From contig NC_058369.1 of the NCBI RefSeq assembly GCF_018350175.1, positions 14,572,001 through 14,636,000 of the forward strand: a stretch of 64,000 nucleotides of DNA. The letters are read 5' to 3'. The notes beneath the pieces are model-generated. The model saw only the letters and a list, made by a program, of their open reading frames with translations. It searched no databases and was not told the origin of the DNA. The stretch is from Felis catus. Its lineage: Eukaryota. A program made the position numbers and the translations under genes. Position 1 is the first letter of the stretch. The number at the start of each line of letters is the position of its first letter. Positions 12,847-25,659 of the stretch are shown here, piece by piece.

Positions 12847-15304
12847 TGTACATTTTTTTGATTGGGTTCATCTTATTACTGAGTTTGCAGAGTTCTTTAT
12901 ACATTTTGGATATCATTCCCTTATCAGATACAGGATTTTCAAGGACTTTCTTCCATTCAGCTTGTTGACAGTATCGTTTGTGGCACAGAAGTTTTTCATC
13001 TCCATGAAGTCTAGTTCATCTATTTTTTTTTTTTTTTTCTTTTTGCCACTTGTGCTTCTGGTGCCAAAGCTAAGAAGCCATTATCTCATGCAAGGTCTCA
13101 GAGACTGACTCATCTGTTTTCTAAGCGTTTTATAGTTTTAGCTCTCAAATTAAGGTCTTTGATCCATTTTGAGTTAATTTTTGTGCATGGGGGAAGGAAA
13201 AAGTACACTTTCTTCTTTTGTGTGGGGTTGTCCACTTATCCAATTTGCTGAGAGACTATTCTTTCCCCGTTGAATTGTCTTGGCACCCTTGTCCAAAATC
13301 AATTGACCGTGAATGTGAGGGTTTATTTCTGGACTCCCAGTCAGCTCTGTTCCATCGATGTACATGTCTACCCTGGTGCCGTGCCACGCTATTTTATCTT
13401 GTACACACAGCTGGGTGTTAAGTTTTGAAACTGTAAAGTGCAAGTCCTCCCCCTTTGTTCTGTTTCAGAATTGTTTGGTTAATCTGATCCCACGAATTTC
13501 ACAATCCGCTCTTCAGTTCCTGTGGGGCTGGTAAAGGGGGAAGGTTGGGATTCCGAAGGTTGGGTACCGCGCTGAATCGGTACCTTAGTTTGGGGAGGGC
13601 TGCCGTCTGAACAGTGTTAAGTTCCAGTACATGAACACAGGATGATTATTTATTCAGGTCTTCTTTACTCATGGCCTGCACCCCCTTCTGGGCATGCCCT
13701 TCGTCAGCCTCCACCACCAGACGGGCAGCTCCTGAGGCACAGACCCATACTGAGGGATTGGGGTCTCGGCCTCGCCACTGTCAGCAAGAAAGGGCTGCAC
13801 CATTGTAAAGGCCCCCTGATTGGAATTTATTTTACTCAGGGGCCCACGCGGGGGCTTGGTGTGAAGGCAAGAGGTTTCCGTGAGGACAGCCCAGGCTTAT
13901 CCCCCGGGTCGAAAGAAGAGGCCCCTGGGCTCCTCTGCAGCTACTGAAAAGAAAGAGGCAGCTCTTCTAAAACGCTCCTGCCCAGCACAGGTGGTCAGCC
14001 ATGTGTAAGAGCCACAGGTGCACTGGAAGCTGGTCCCAGGCACTCGGGCCTCGAGAAAGGTTCTGCCTCTGTGCACAGGAACCAGGGTGCCCTCGTTGTC
14101 CCACCTTCAGTAACATGGAAGTATCTTAGCTCATATGTTTAACAGGTTTGACTGAGGGGCTAAAAAATCTAACCAGTTCCTCATGCACCTCTGGGTCCAG
14201 CAGAGGTGCCAGAAAAGCCCTGTGCTGGAGCTGAGCTGAAGAAGAAGGACGAAGACCAGGACAACAGAGGCCCCTTGCAGACACGGAGCAGGGCTGCGAC
14301 TCCCAGAGTCCCCACTGTGCACCCCCACAGGTTCTAGGGAGTGGCCTTACCCACTATTTGCTGGTCATTTAGTGGCTGTTAACTGGAACTTGACCTGCCT
14401 GAGCTTGTCAGTTCTTCCCAGCAGCCACGAGGCCTGTCCAGGGAAGAGATCACAACTCAGAAGATGAGAGCGTATGGGGTGAGCCAGTCCCAGCCAGGCC
14501 CCAGGCAGCTTGGGCCTCCCTGAAGACCCCAGCAGGCCCACAGCCTGTCAGTCAGAATTATAGCACAGGTGCCTGCTGGTGCCAGTAAATATTCATGGCA
14601 GCCTCTGTCCCCTGGTGTCCAGGCAGGGGGCTTGACCCTGCTGGGCCAGGAAGCAGCAGCACCCCCGGGAGCCCGGGGTGGGGGGTGGGGGGGGGGCTGG
14701 GCCGCCCCTGCAGGGCACTGCTTGCCTCTGGCAGCCCCTCCCAGCTCCTTGTGGGCAGCACTCAGAGAAGTGGCCCAGGCAGCCGGAGCCACCATGGAGC
14801 TGGGCCCAGCTATAGATACTACCCTTCCCCGTGGAAGCACCTGCTGACTGGGAACCAAACAACAAGATTGTGGGGCTGGGGCCACCCGATCATAAACAGC
14901 AAGGCCTTCGGGCCCTCCTGCAAGCCCTGCTCAGCCTGTACCTTCCAGAAACGGGGATGGGGGGATGGGGGGGCGGAGGTGTGTCAGCCGCAGCTGCCGC
15001 ACTTGTCAGAGGAAAGCCGAGGCAGCCTGGTGTCCCTGCCTGCAAGGCAGGTGCACGGAATCGAGAGTCGTCTGCAGTTGGGAAGGACGGGTCCAGGGGA
15101 GAGGGTTGGTGGACATTCCACAGAGACAAAAAAGGAATCTGAAGAAATACGCACTAGAGACGGTACTGGCCATCTCTAGGAGGGGGTCACTAAGACTTTC
15201 ACCTTCTCTCGCGTCCATACTTCCGGTGTGCTTCATGAGAAGGAACTACAAGGGGGGGCCTTTCCCGAGGGTAGGCGCTGAGCTGGTGCCCCCTTTCCCC
15301 ACAG

Positions 15305-15383
15305 GCTATAGCATGTTTGCTGTGGGCATCGGGACCTTGCTGTTTGGGTACTGGAGCATGATGAAGTGGAACCGAGAGCGGAG
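15305..15383 (+). CDS. NDUFA13: NDUFA13 exon 2 (transmembrane helix)
   Basis: cccacag | [25 protein letters not shown](R) | gtaggc, 79 nt, phase-consistent. Confidence 0.97.
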
Positions 15384-16565
15384 GTAGGCCCCAGGCTGGG
15401 GACCGTGGGGTGCAACTGTGGTCTTGGTGTCCCTCGGGGCCCTTCATCAGCCCCTCAAGGCTCAGGAAGTATGGGCCTTCCAGAAAGAAATGGCAAGAAA
15501 GGAGCTCTTCACCAGGTGTCTCTTGGCCTCCGCTGCTAGGGACTCGAGGGTTGGGATTAGGACAACCCATCAGGTGGAGGTGGAGGGCAGGCTCAGGACA
15601 TGCTCGTTTAGTGTTTTTTTTGTCAGTGTTAACCAGGCAAAGAGGACAATAAGGGCTTAGAAACAGGCCATGCAACACAGTGACCCTGCCAGCCACATGG
15701 GGCCTGAGGGACCGAGGCAGATAGTGGCCTCCATTCAGACTCTCGCTGCCTCTAAGCTGTCAGGATGCCCTGCCAGGTGACCCCTTCTGATTGGCCCCTT
15801 ACTGGCTGGGCCCCTTTGCCCTGCCACACCCTGCGATATGTGTCCTTAGCACCCCCCAAGGGTGGTGGTGGAGAAGGCCAACCTGTGTCAGGTGCTCAAC
15901 ATTGTTGAGTGAGCTCAAACCGGGTCCAGCTGCCCCATATGCACCATGCACAGGAGTATGGACATGGTGACAATAGTGTGGGGCTGTGGTGGGGCCAGCA
16001 GCCTGGGGTGGGGATGCTCTTCTGGGTTTGGGAAGATGGGAGGAGGTGTGAGGGCTGGAGTGGGGGCTGAACTTCATCCAGACCCTTCCCTGTGAGGCTG
16101 TGAGATTTCTGGCAATGAGGGGACAGGGCCAGGGACCACATCACAGGGTGCCGCGCCCTCAGTATAGATGGGGCTGGTGGCTTGGAACACACAGAACTGC
16201 CTGCTCCGGGCTCACACCCCAGGGTTATTTTGACAGGAAGGGGATATGGTTTTGTAGGGCCCAGAGCCCTGTGATGAAGGTCCCATCCCCTGTCCCCAGT
16301 TCACCACAATCATCAGGCCAGGGCTATTTTTAGGATTAAAAACTAAAGTTTTTAACTGAAAAGAAAGTGCGAAGCCATTAGTCTTGTAGACCAGTGCCTG
16401 TGCCAGCCCACGTGCCCACACCCCGCCTTCTCATCTTCTTGTGGGTAGAGCTTACTCCCCAAGCCTGCCCCACTCACTTGCCTCTCTGCCGGCTCCCCTC
16501 CCCACGCATCAGCCTGAGTCTGAGGCCACATCATCTACCCCGAACTCCAGCCTCATCTGATCTGA

Positions 16566-16748
<183 letters not shown>

Positions 16749-16847
16749 TGACAGCTGTGTCCTGGCATATGTGGGGGAGACCCAAGGGCTAGAATAGGAA
16801 GGCTCCCTGGAGGAGGGGACATTGAGGCTGCAGCAGGAGGACAGTAA

Positions 16848-17084
<237 letters not shown>

Positions 17085-17295
17085 TAGGGAGGGTGGGGGT
17101 CCAGGCCCCCTGCAGGAACACAGCCTCCCAGGGAAAACCTGGAGCCGAGAGGGGTAGTGGGTGCCAGGCGTGAGGAGGGGAAGGCAGCAGCTTTTGGTGT
17201 AGGCACGGTAGTCACCAGGCCTGGTGGGGTCCCAATAGGCAGTGTGGGCCTGAAGGGGTAGCTGCACCCCCACCCATACCCCGCTGTTCCCACAG

Positions 17296-17415
17296 GTGGG
17301 TGAGTCTGTGTTCCACACAACGCGCTGGGTGAACCCCATAATGGGCGAGCTCTACGGGCTGCGCACGAACGAGGAGATTCTCAACGCCGCCTACGGCTTC
17401 ACGTGGTACACATAG
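17296..17415 (+). CDS. NDUFA13: NDUFA13 exon 5 (last)
   Basis: cccacag | [42 protein letters not shown]. Total CDS 435 nt = 144 aa. Confidence 0.97.
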   Translation: MGESVFHTTRWVNPIMGELYGLRTNEEILNAAYGFTWYT

Positions 17416-17466
17416 GGGCCTGCACCCCTCTGACTACTGGACCCCTGCACCCTCCCCCCTGGAAAG

Positions 17467-17472
17467 AATAAA
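17467..17472 (+). terminator. Polyadenylation signal of NDUFA13
   Basis: AATAAA about 50 nt after the stop. Confidence 0.85.
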
Positions 17473-17939
17473 TGCTCTGGAGACCTGTTTGCCTGTGTCC
17501 CGGCGACTGAGGGAAGGCTCGTGGGACACCATTGGGTTGCACACGGCCTGGGGATATAGGGTCTAGACCTGGGGTCTCTGCAGAAGATGCCAGGTAGGGT
17601 GGTTTCAAAACCCACCCAGAGACTGCCCCTGGATCCATCAGCCTTGGCTCAAGAATATGCCTGGATTTACCTACCTCTATTGAAGTCCTGGTTGTCAGCA
17701 GCCCACCCCCCCCAGGCCGGGGCTCCCCATCCTGCACCCTGGACTCATCAGTAAATGGGGGATCTGAAGAGTGGAGCATGGGGTAGAGGGGTGTCAGAGG
17801 TAGGTCCCCTTGCCCCCAGGCCAAGACCCCATTACAGGGGTAGCAGGTCCGTCGCTACCCGTCCGTGCCTTGCCCTGCTAATACCCACGTCTCTACTCTT
17901 CTCCGTCCCCGAGGCAGCTCCGCTCCTGGCACCAAAGGG

Positions 17940-18122
17940 TTAAATCTGCCTGCACCCGCCAGCCAATCCCTGCGCGCAGCGCCTTCGCGGTGTCACCTGA
18001 TTGGCGGATACACAGGGTGGGCGGGAAGGGAGGAGGACCGGGGACGCCCCCATCTGCCCTGGGATGCTCTTAAAAGGCTGTGGCGGTGGCAGCCAGGCTG
18101 CGCGTCCCGGCTTACCTTGGCC
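17940..18122 (+). promoter_or_regulatory. YJEFN3 proximal promoter
   Basis: CCAAT at 17963-17967, reverse CCAAT (ATTGG) at 18000-18004, GC box GGGCGG near 18019, TATA-like TTAAAA at 18070-18075, all upstream of ATG 18123. Confidence 0.6.
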
Positions 18123-18181
18123 ATGAGCAACGCGGCCCGCCCGGACCCAGTGGAGGCGCCCGAGGAGCGGCGTTTCCTCAG
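18123..18181 (+). CDS. YJEFN3: YjeF N-terminal domain-containing 3, exon 1
   Basis: GCCATG, MSNAARPDPVEAPEERRFL(S) | gtcagc, 59 nt. Confidence 0.9.
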
Positions 18182-20620
18182 GTCAGCCAGGGATGGGGAC
18201 GTCAAAGACTGTGGCAAGGATGCGGCCCCGAGGCAAGGGCATGGCTGGGAGGGGGGCATCATGGGCAGGATAGATCAGAGGAAGGGCATGGCCGGGATGG
18301 AGCCTGGGGGGAATCCAAGGCCCACCCCGCATTTCACTGGAAAGACGAAGCCTGAAGCCTGCTGCTGCCAACGCCTCCTAGCCGAGTTGCCAGGGAAACT
18401 GCATCCTCCTCAGCCCGCCCTTCTGAATTATTCAGAACACCACTAGTAGCTCTCCCATCACCCTTCAACCCAATCAAGGCCCACCTCCCCTTTCCAACTC
18501 ACCCAGGGACCCTGGCGCTCCCACCCTCATCTCCCCGTCTTCCCTGGGAAGAGCTGAGCTGTTAGCTCCTCACTCACACCCCTCTTGGTGGTCCACCTGC
18601 GACTATCTTCTTGTCCAGAGAAGGAAACTGAGGGCCGGGGAAGGAAGCCACTGCCTGAGCCAGGGCTAGGGGCATTTTTGAACACATGGACCACTTGCCG
18701 GTAGTTTGATTGGATTTGGGGTCTGAAATAGCCAGCTGTGGCTGTGTCTCCCACCTCGTCCTGAGTCCTCATCTTATGTCCTCCTTTAAGTCCCTGTGCC
18801 CTGGGACTCCAAGCAGGGCTGTGGACCTCAGTGGAAACCAGATTTGGCTGACAAATCTGTCCTTCTCTGCCCACTGTCCATTCAGGCCCTCAGGGCAGAC
18901 ACTGTCCAGTGACTGATTGATGTCCAGATTGAGCCTGTAGACCCAGCACATCCTAGGCAGAAGGAAGCTGGATCTGCGATTTCATCTGGCATGGGGGGGG
19001 GGGGGGATTGCGTGGGGCCTCAGATGCCAGCTGAGGGGTGATGGGGCGCCGTGGGGCGGGTAGGAGTAGAACATGGCAAGTGGAGAGGAAACAGGTAAGA
19101 GACATAATGGGCGTGTAGGTGTGGTGAGGAATTTGAATATTCTCTGAATATTGGGGAGCCATAAGTAGGTTTGAGACAAGTGGTGATGTCATCTGGCATT
19201 CAAGTTTCAGAGCCCCGTGGCTCTTGTGTTGAGCTTGGGGGCCATGAAACTGCTGTAGGCAGCCAGATGGGCAAAGATGGTGGGCTGGTGGGCAGAGGCC
19301 CGAAGGTGGAGAAGCAGAGGGAGCCAAGAGAGCAGGGAGGGTCTGGCACGGGTGCCCTGGCCTTGGCTTCGCCTCCGTAAGGGCCTGCCCCGGAAGTATT
19401 TTGGGAGTGTCAGGCCCAGTTCCTTTGAAAGCAGGCCACTTCAGCCTTCCTGCTTGTGGGGGAATCCTGGTCCTCACAGCTCCTCTCATCTGGGAGCTGA
19501 TGTTGGGAGCAGCAAGAGGCACCCTCATAGCTGAGCCCCCCGCCCTGCCCAGTCCCACATGGCTCTGCCCTGTTTCCCTCCCCCACCAGCCCTAATTCCC
19601 ACTCATACCCGACCCAGAGCTGCCACCGTGGTCGCCACTCCCAGGCTCCTAGCCTGAACCATCCTCTGCCCATGGAGTCCCCATTATCACTCTAATGACC
19701 AGTTAGGCAGGGAGATAATGTTCCAAGTGGTGGCCTGAGGCCAAAACTTTGGGGCAGAGGAAGAAAAGGAGGAATGGGTGGTCCTCCCACACTCCTCTCT
19801 GCCCTCCTGTGGGGGCAACAGCCAGACCCGTCACAAGCTGAAGGTGGAGGAATGAACCACATTCCCAAACACCTTCTCCCATGTTCTTTCCTGGGACCGA
19901 GGTGGCCTGCCCAGAGGGGTGCTCCTCATTTGTCCCACCGTGAGCTCCTTTTCCTCAACTGGTCTTTCAACCTTGAAGTCAGGTGGGGTTGAATCTGGCT
20001 CTGGTTGGGATGATTCAGGGCATGTAGACTCCCTGCCCTAAGCCTCCATCCCCCTCCCCCATCTATGTGGACCCCCGAAGTGCCTTTCTGACCCAGTTTC
20101 TGTTTTGCTTGCTCCGCTCTAGCCACACTGGCCTCACTTCCGTCCCTAGAATCTGCCAAGCTCATTCCCACCCTCGCTGTTCTTACCACGTGGATTACCT
20201 CCCATAGTGCTCCAGGCCAGCTCCTCCAGAAGTCCTCCCTGATTCCCCATCCCACAGCAGTCCTTACTTATGCCCCTCCTCCTGCCCAGCCTGACCACAC
20301 TGCAAAAATTGGCCAAAAGATTGTGGTCTCCTCACAGAACTGAAGGAAGGACCCTAAAGATTCATCCTAAGAAACCTCTGCTGTCTGTAGGTCTGCCCCT
20401 GCCTCTTTGCTCACACCCTATCCATGGCTCTGGAGACAGACACCAAGGGCAGAAGTCTCGGTTTGTCCCCCTTGTTTCCTGGGTGACCCTGGGCAAGTCA
20501 TTTGGCTTCTCAGAGTGCTTGAATGTTCTGATTCTTCTGGGCCTGGTCCTACTACCACTACTAGGCTCTCTAGGGTCTGCTGAGGTGGGGGGGTAGGTGC
20601 TCCTTGGAAGGTCCCTAAGC

Positions 20621-20764
20621 CAGGGCCAGCTTGGTCCCTGCTCTTAATAGGGCCCAACGCTTAGTCTCATGCTGTTGTCATTATCTGAAAATTCTTAAAT
20701 CTTAAATAGCGGGCCCCATGTTTGCATTTTGAAATGGACCTTGAAAATTATCTAGTCTATCCTC
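20621..20764 (+). mobile_element. MER91-like hAT DNA transposon fossil
   Basis: cagggccagctt...tgaaaattcttaaat...gggccccatgtttgcattttgaaatggacc...aaattatctagtctatcct resembles the MER91 consensus as I recall it. Confidence 0.55.
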
Positions 20765-21411
20765 CCTGCCTTTACTTTTGCAAAAGAGGAAGCAAAACTC
20801 AGATGTGACAGAGCCCAGTCACTCGGTGAGTTGATGGCAGACCTTCACCCCAGATGGGTAAGCCCCAATTCTCTGGCCACAATTATTGCAGGGTCACCAA
20901 TAAGGCCCCATAGCCATGGGCTCCCCATCCACCTCCCTAAGTGAACCCCTCTGCAGCCTTCAAAATCCGCCTCCCTCAGGCACCACCCCCCTCCCCAGGC
21001 CAGTCTGCCCCCTCCAGTGTTCTGGAGCTTGCTCAGCGGTTTCCACTGCATGCAACTGGCCCCTCGCCCCCATCAAAGTCTCTCACGCTCCATTCCTCCT
21101 TCTGGGTTCTTTCCGCGGTGGGGGCGGGCGCATCTGGGCCCGGCTCCAGTCTGCCACGCTTTGGGGCAATAGAACCAACACGCGCCGCCACGCCTCCCTC
21201 GACCACCAGAGGGCGCCCGTGCCTTGGGCTTCAGCTTAAACCTTCCGCTGTGCCAGTCAATCGCCAGCACGTCTGGTGGGGAAACTGAGGGGGGGGGGGG
21301 GCGCATTAGGGCCTAGCTGGAGATATTAGTGGAACATTACCGGTTCCATCTGAGCCTCTGTCTCTGTCTTTCTGTGTGTCTTTGAGCGTCTCTCCCCACT
21401 CTGTCCCCCAG

Positions 21412-21520
21412 CACTGCAGAGGCGGCAGCCCTGGAGCGGGAGCTGCTGGAAGATTATCGCTTTGGGCGGCAGCAGCTGGTGGAGTTGTGTGGCCATGCTA
21501 GTGCTGTGGCTGTGACCAAG
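21412..21520 (+). CDS. YJEFN3: YJEFN3 exon 2
   Basis: tcccccag | [36 protein letters not shown] | gtatct, 109 nt. Confidence 0.95.
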
Positions 21521-23358
21521 GTATCTAACCCCTGATCTTTGACCTTGACCCCAACCAGATGGCCAGCCTACCAGAGCAGAGGAGGCCTAGCTGCATGAGC
21601 CCTGTGGTCAGGCTGATCCAGGACTCAAGAAACCCCTTTTTGTGTGGAGCCACTCCAGCCCATCACTCAGGTGGGGTAACTGAGGCCCAGAGAGGACCAT
21701 CACTGGTCTAGAGCAGGCAGGGACCCAAGACCCCAGGTGTCAGTGAGGGTCAGGGCAGACAGAGAAGTCCCCAGAGACTTGGAGGCCGGGGAGCAGAGAC
21801 TAAAGCTGCTGCAGGATGGTCCTGAGGTCCTTGAGGTACAGATGTGACCACCTGCCTCTGCCATCAATTGGATCTCCGTAAAGGAGACATCGGTTCCTGG
21901 AGGCGGAGTACCCCCCCCCCCATGCTGCAGATGAGGAAACTGAGGCCCAGAGGCAGGGGTGGCCTGCATAGTGTAGGTCCTAGGGAGGAGTTAGCAGAGT
22001 CCCAGCCTCGAGGTGCCTGCAAGGGATGCGAGAGTGATAAGCAACGAAGATGCCGCTATCCAATGCTTTTGATCATGTTGCCAAACCGCGGGCCTGTTTC
22101 CCCCTCCAAAGAAAGAGCAATAAACGGACACCAGCTAATAAACATGAATGCCTTAGAGAAGTGCCCGATGGTGTCAGGGCTCCCACATGTAACCCTTCGC
22201 TGCCTCCCTGTCTTCCTCCTCTTCTTGTCGCCACTGCAGACTTTTGTTGAACACAATCGCTTTCTTCATGTTGTGTGTGTGTTTTTTTTTTTAATATTTC
22301 TATTTCAAATGAAACATCCCGAGTGAAGGTCCCGAAGGAGAAGGAAATGGTGAAACCCCAAAAGTAAAAGTAAACCCAGCGTAGTAAACTCCTGCCTGGC
22401 CCTTGCTGACCAGTCGCCGTCCAGTTTTTGCCCCGAAAGCCCCAAGTCTGTCCGGAGGGCCCTCGGTCCCAGTCAAGCTGGAGTCACTGTTGCCTCCCTC
22501 AGTCTCCGGTCTCAGGGCTCCGCACCTGGCTTAGTGTGGTCGCAGGTGGCTCAGGACCTCACCGAGACCTTGGGGAGGAGACAAAAAGGTATACCTGGCT
22601 CTCTGTGTGGTTGGAGGTCAGGGTACAGCCAGGCCCCCTGGGGTGCCCTGTCTCCGAGAGAGGCCCCATGTCAGTGCCACTGTCACTCCCAATCGATAGA
22701 GGCCAAGTGAGGCTGGGAGAGGAGAGGGGGCAGAGGCCATGCAGAGAGTCAGGGCAGGGCTGTGACTTGAACACCAGTGCTCTTAACTCCTGTGTTAAAG
22801 AGACTGATGCACAGGCCCACAGAGACACAGAGTCTAGGAGACAGAGATGAAGGCACAGAGAGACAGACGGGGACAGACACAGAGAGATACAGAGAGAAAG
22901 ATAGATGAAGACAGAGGCAGATGGAGAGAGACAGGGCATCTCAGGTTGGAAAAAATACCCTCCCTCTGCCCCCCCCCCTCCCACCAACTTTGGGGCCTCT
23001 GGGAGGGCTGAGGCCTGGAAACGTGGGCGGGGGAGGGGCAGCCACTGCGGTGGAAAAAGGTGGAAGAATGTCTGCAACTCAGGCCGAGAATAAACAAACC
23101 ACACTCTGGGCGCCGGGTGGTGGCAGAAGGCACGTTTTCCTGCTCCAGCTTGGCAGAGCCTGAAGCAAGGACTCTGCATCTCCAAGGAGGAAACTGAGGC
23201 CCCAAGGGGCTACGCCCCTTGCCCAGAATGTCTTTCCTCCTGTTCTATTGCCTCCAGGCCCATGCCCGTTCCTTCGCTACTCCGAGCCTCAGTTTCCCCA
23301 CCCGAATAAGGAGGAATTCCAAGCATCATGCCTTTGCCTTTGCTGTGCCCCCTGCCAG

Positions 23359-23469
23359 GTGTTCCCCTTGCCAACTCTCTCCCGGAAGCAGAGGACAGTG
23401 CTGGTCGTGTGTGGCCCGGAGCAGAACGGGGCGGTGGGGCTGGTCTGTGCCCGGCACCTGCGGGTGTTT
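23359..23469 (+). CDS. YJEFN3: YJEFN3 exon 3
   Basis: ctgccag | [37 protein letters not shown] | gtgagt, 111 nt. Confidence 0.95.
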
Positions 23470-23694
23470 GTGAGTAGCAAGGACCCCCTTGGCCTCCTAG
23501 GGTCACCCCCTCAACCCTGTCCCCGCAGAAATTAATTCCTCCTCTTGATAGTGTCCCAGGAGGGACAGAATATGCCCAGTGCTTGCCCCAGGCAGGGTCT
23601 CTGGCCTCATATCCAGATCTGGGGGCTAAGTAAGGCCCAGTAGGAAGCCTGGAAGGGCCCTCAGGGCCGACTCCTTTCTGCCCCTCCCCACCAG

Positions 23695-23808
23695 GAGTAT
23701 GAACCGACCATCTTCTACCCTACACGCTCACTAGACCTGCTGCACCGGGACCTGACTACCCAGTGCGAGAAAATGGACATCCCCTTCCTGTCCTATTTGC
23801 CCACAGAG
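23695..23808 (+). CDS. YJEFN3: YJEFN3 exon 4
   Basis: ccaccag | [38 protein letters not shown] | gtcagc, 114 nt. Confidence 0.95.
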
Positions 23809-23888
23809 GTCAGCGCTTGGTGGCAACTGAGGGGGGGAGGGGGAGGCAGTGCCAAAAGGCCACCTTCTAACCATGCCCGCCCTCTCAG

Positions 23889-24039
23889 GTCCAGCTCATC
23901 AACGATGCCTATGGGCTGGTGGTGGATGCCGTGCTGGGCCCTGGTGTGGAGCCGGGAGAGATCGGAGGCCCCTGCACTCGTGCGCTGGCCACACTCAAGC
24001 TGCTGTCCATCCCCCTTGTGAGCCTGGACATTCCTTCAG
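23889..24039 (+). CDS. YJEFN3: YJEFN3 exon 5 (followed by a GC donor)
   Basis: ctctcag | [50 protein letters not shown](G) | gcatgc. Contains the YjeF-family SLDIPSG motif. Confidence 0.9.
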
Positions 24040-25388
24040 GCATGCCAGGCAGGCGGGGGCGGGGCATGTTGGGGCCTTGGGAGGGGGGCCCTCTGCACCC
24101 CAGTTTCTGATGGGCCCAGCCTGTCTGCCTTCTCTGAGCCTCAGTTTCCCCATCGTGGATGGCTCATGCACTCTGGGTGAGGGTCACGTCCATCCCTAAG
24201 ATGGGGAAGACAGAGGCTGCTGCCCAGGTGATCCCTTGTCCCAACCCCTCCACACCCGGCCCAGCATGCCCGCTGCCCACCCTGGCCCAGTTGCCTGGGC
24301 AGACGTGAGCTCACTCGGCAAAGGCCTCGCCCGTCCTGGCCGCCGCCCCACGCCTGTTGGAGCCATTAGGCGACGGGCAGACGGAACAAACAGCTGCTGG
24401 CCAGCCGGACCCTCCACAGGGGTGGCCATACTCAGGGGGATGTCCCCCAGCTTTCAAGACCTCAGGGCCACCCCCAGCAGGGTGCCACAGAGCAAGGGGT
24501 TAGCTATGAAGAGGGGAGCTGTCTGGTCTGAAGGTAGAGACTAGGGTCACAGAAGGAAGGATTAAAGTCAGACGGAGAAGGCTTTTAGTTAGTGGCTCCA
24601 GACTCTGGTCAGAAGCAGGGGAGAAGCCAAGGCCCCTAGTCTGAAGGTAGAGGCTCATTTGAGAGCTGGCAGAGGCTAGGGCACAGTGAGGGAGGGGGCG
24701 GGGTCCTGTCCATTCAAAAGGCAAGATCTAGTGTGAGGATGAAGACAGAGATGTCAGGTCAGAGGGAGGAGGATGGACGTCGGGGTTGGGTGGGGAGGGG
24801 GCCACATCCTGTCAGAGGCAAGGACCAGGAGTAAGGAGACAGGTCTTGGCGGGGGAGGCTTGCCTGAGGATGAAGGCCAGTCTGCCCTGAGTGGAGAGTG
24901 GGGATCTGGTCAGAGGAGGAAGGCTGGCTAGGAAGCCTGGGTGGAAAGAGGCTCTAGTCGAAGTGGGGAAGGTCAAGATCGATCGGGAGGAAGGAATTGG
25001 GACAGATGCTGGGTCCAAAGGCAGAGGCATGGGTCTGACTGGGAAAGGGCAGCAGGTGGAAACGATGTAGTCTGAAGGCAGAGGCTGAGTCAGAGGGAGA
25101 AGAAAGGTTGGTTGCATGATGGCAGCAGGGGCAGAAAAGATGAGGGCCGACGCCCTGGTCATAGGAGGAGGGAAACATCTCCAAGGAAGGGGAGACACTG
25201 GTCTGAGGGCGGAGGCTCAGTACTATGGGGAGGCAGGTCTGACCAAGCCTCACGCGTCAGAGAGCAGAGGCTGAGTCTGATGGGGAAGGGGAAACGGGTG
25301 GAGAGGAGGCAAGACTCTCTCGCCTGAAGGCAAGCACCCCTCCCAGCTCCCGATCCCCCCACCCTCCCTCCCTCCCTCCCTCCCTCAG

Positions 25389-25597
25389 GCTGGGACGCCG
25401 AGACCGGCGGCGGCGACGCCGAGGACGGGCTCCGACCGGACGTGCTGGTATCGCTCGCTGCGCCCAAGCGCTGCGCCGGCCGCTTCTCCGGCCGCCACCA
25501 CTTCGTGGCCGGCAGATTCGTGCCCGACGACGTGCGCCGAAAGTTCGCTCTACGCCTGCCAGGATACACGGGCACCGACTGCGTCGCGGCGCTCTGA
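25389..25597 (+). CDS. YJEFN3: YJEFN3 exon 6 (last)
   Basis: (CCCT)n tract then cag | [71 protein letters not shown]. Total CDS 753 nt = 250 aa. Confidence 0.95.
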
Positions 25598-25632
25598 CCG
25601 CCACCCGCGTCCCCGCGGCTTGGACCCCCGCC

Positions 25633-25638
25633 AATAAA
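25633..25638 (+). terminator. Polyadenylation signal of YJEFN3
   Basis: AATAAA 35 nt after the stop. Confidence 0.85.
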
Positions 25639-25659
25639 CAGACGTCCCCCCACCACCTC

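Larger units (their letters stand above)
11555..13660 (-). mobile_element. Ancient L1 (L1M-type) ORF2 3' part and 3' UTR, antisense in NDUFA13 intron 1
   Basis: Minus-strand translation SPEINPHIHGQLILDKGAKTIQRGKNSL matches the L1 ORF2 C-terminal region. Typical L1M 3' end at about 11560-11860. Contains SINE insertions. Confidence 0.85.
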
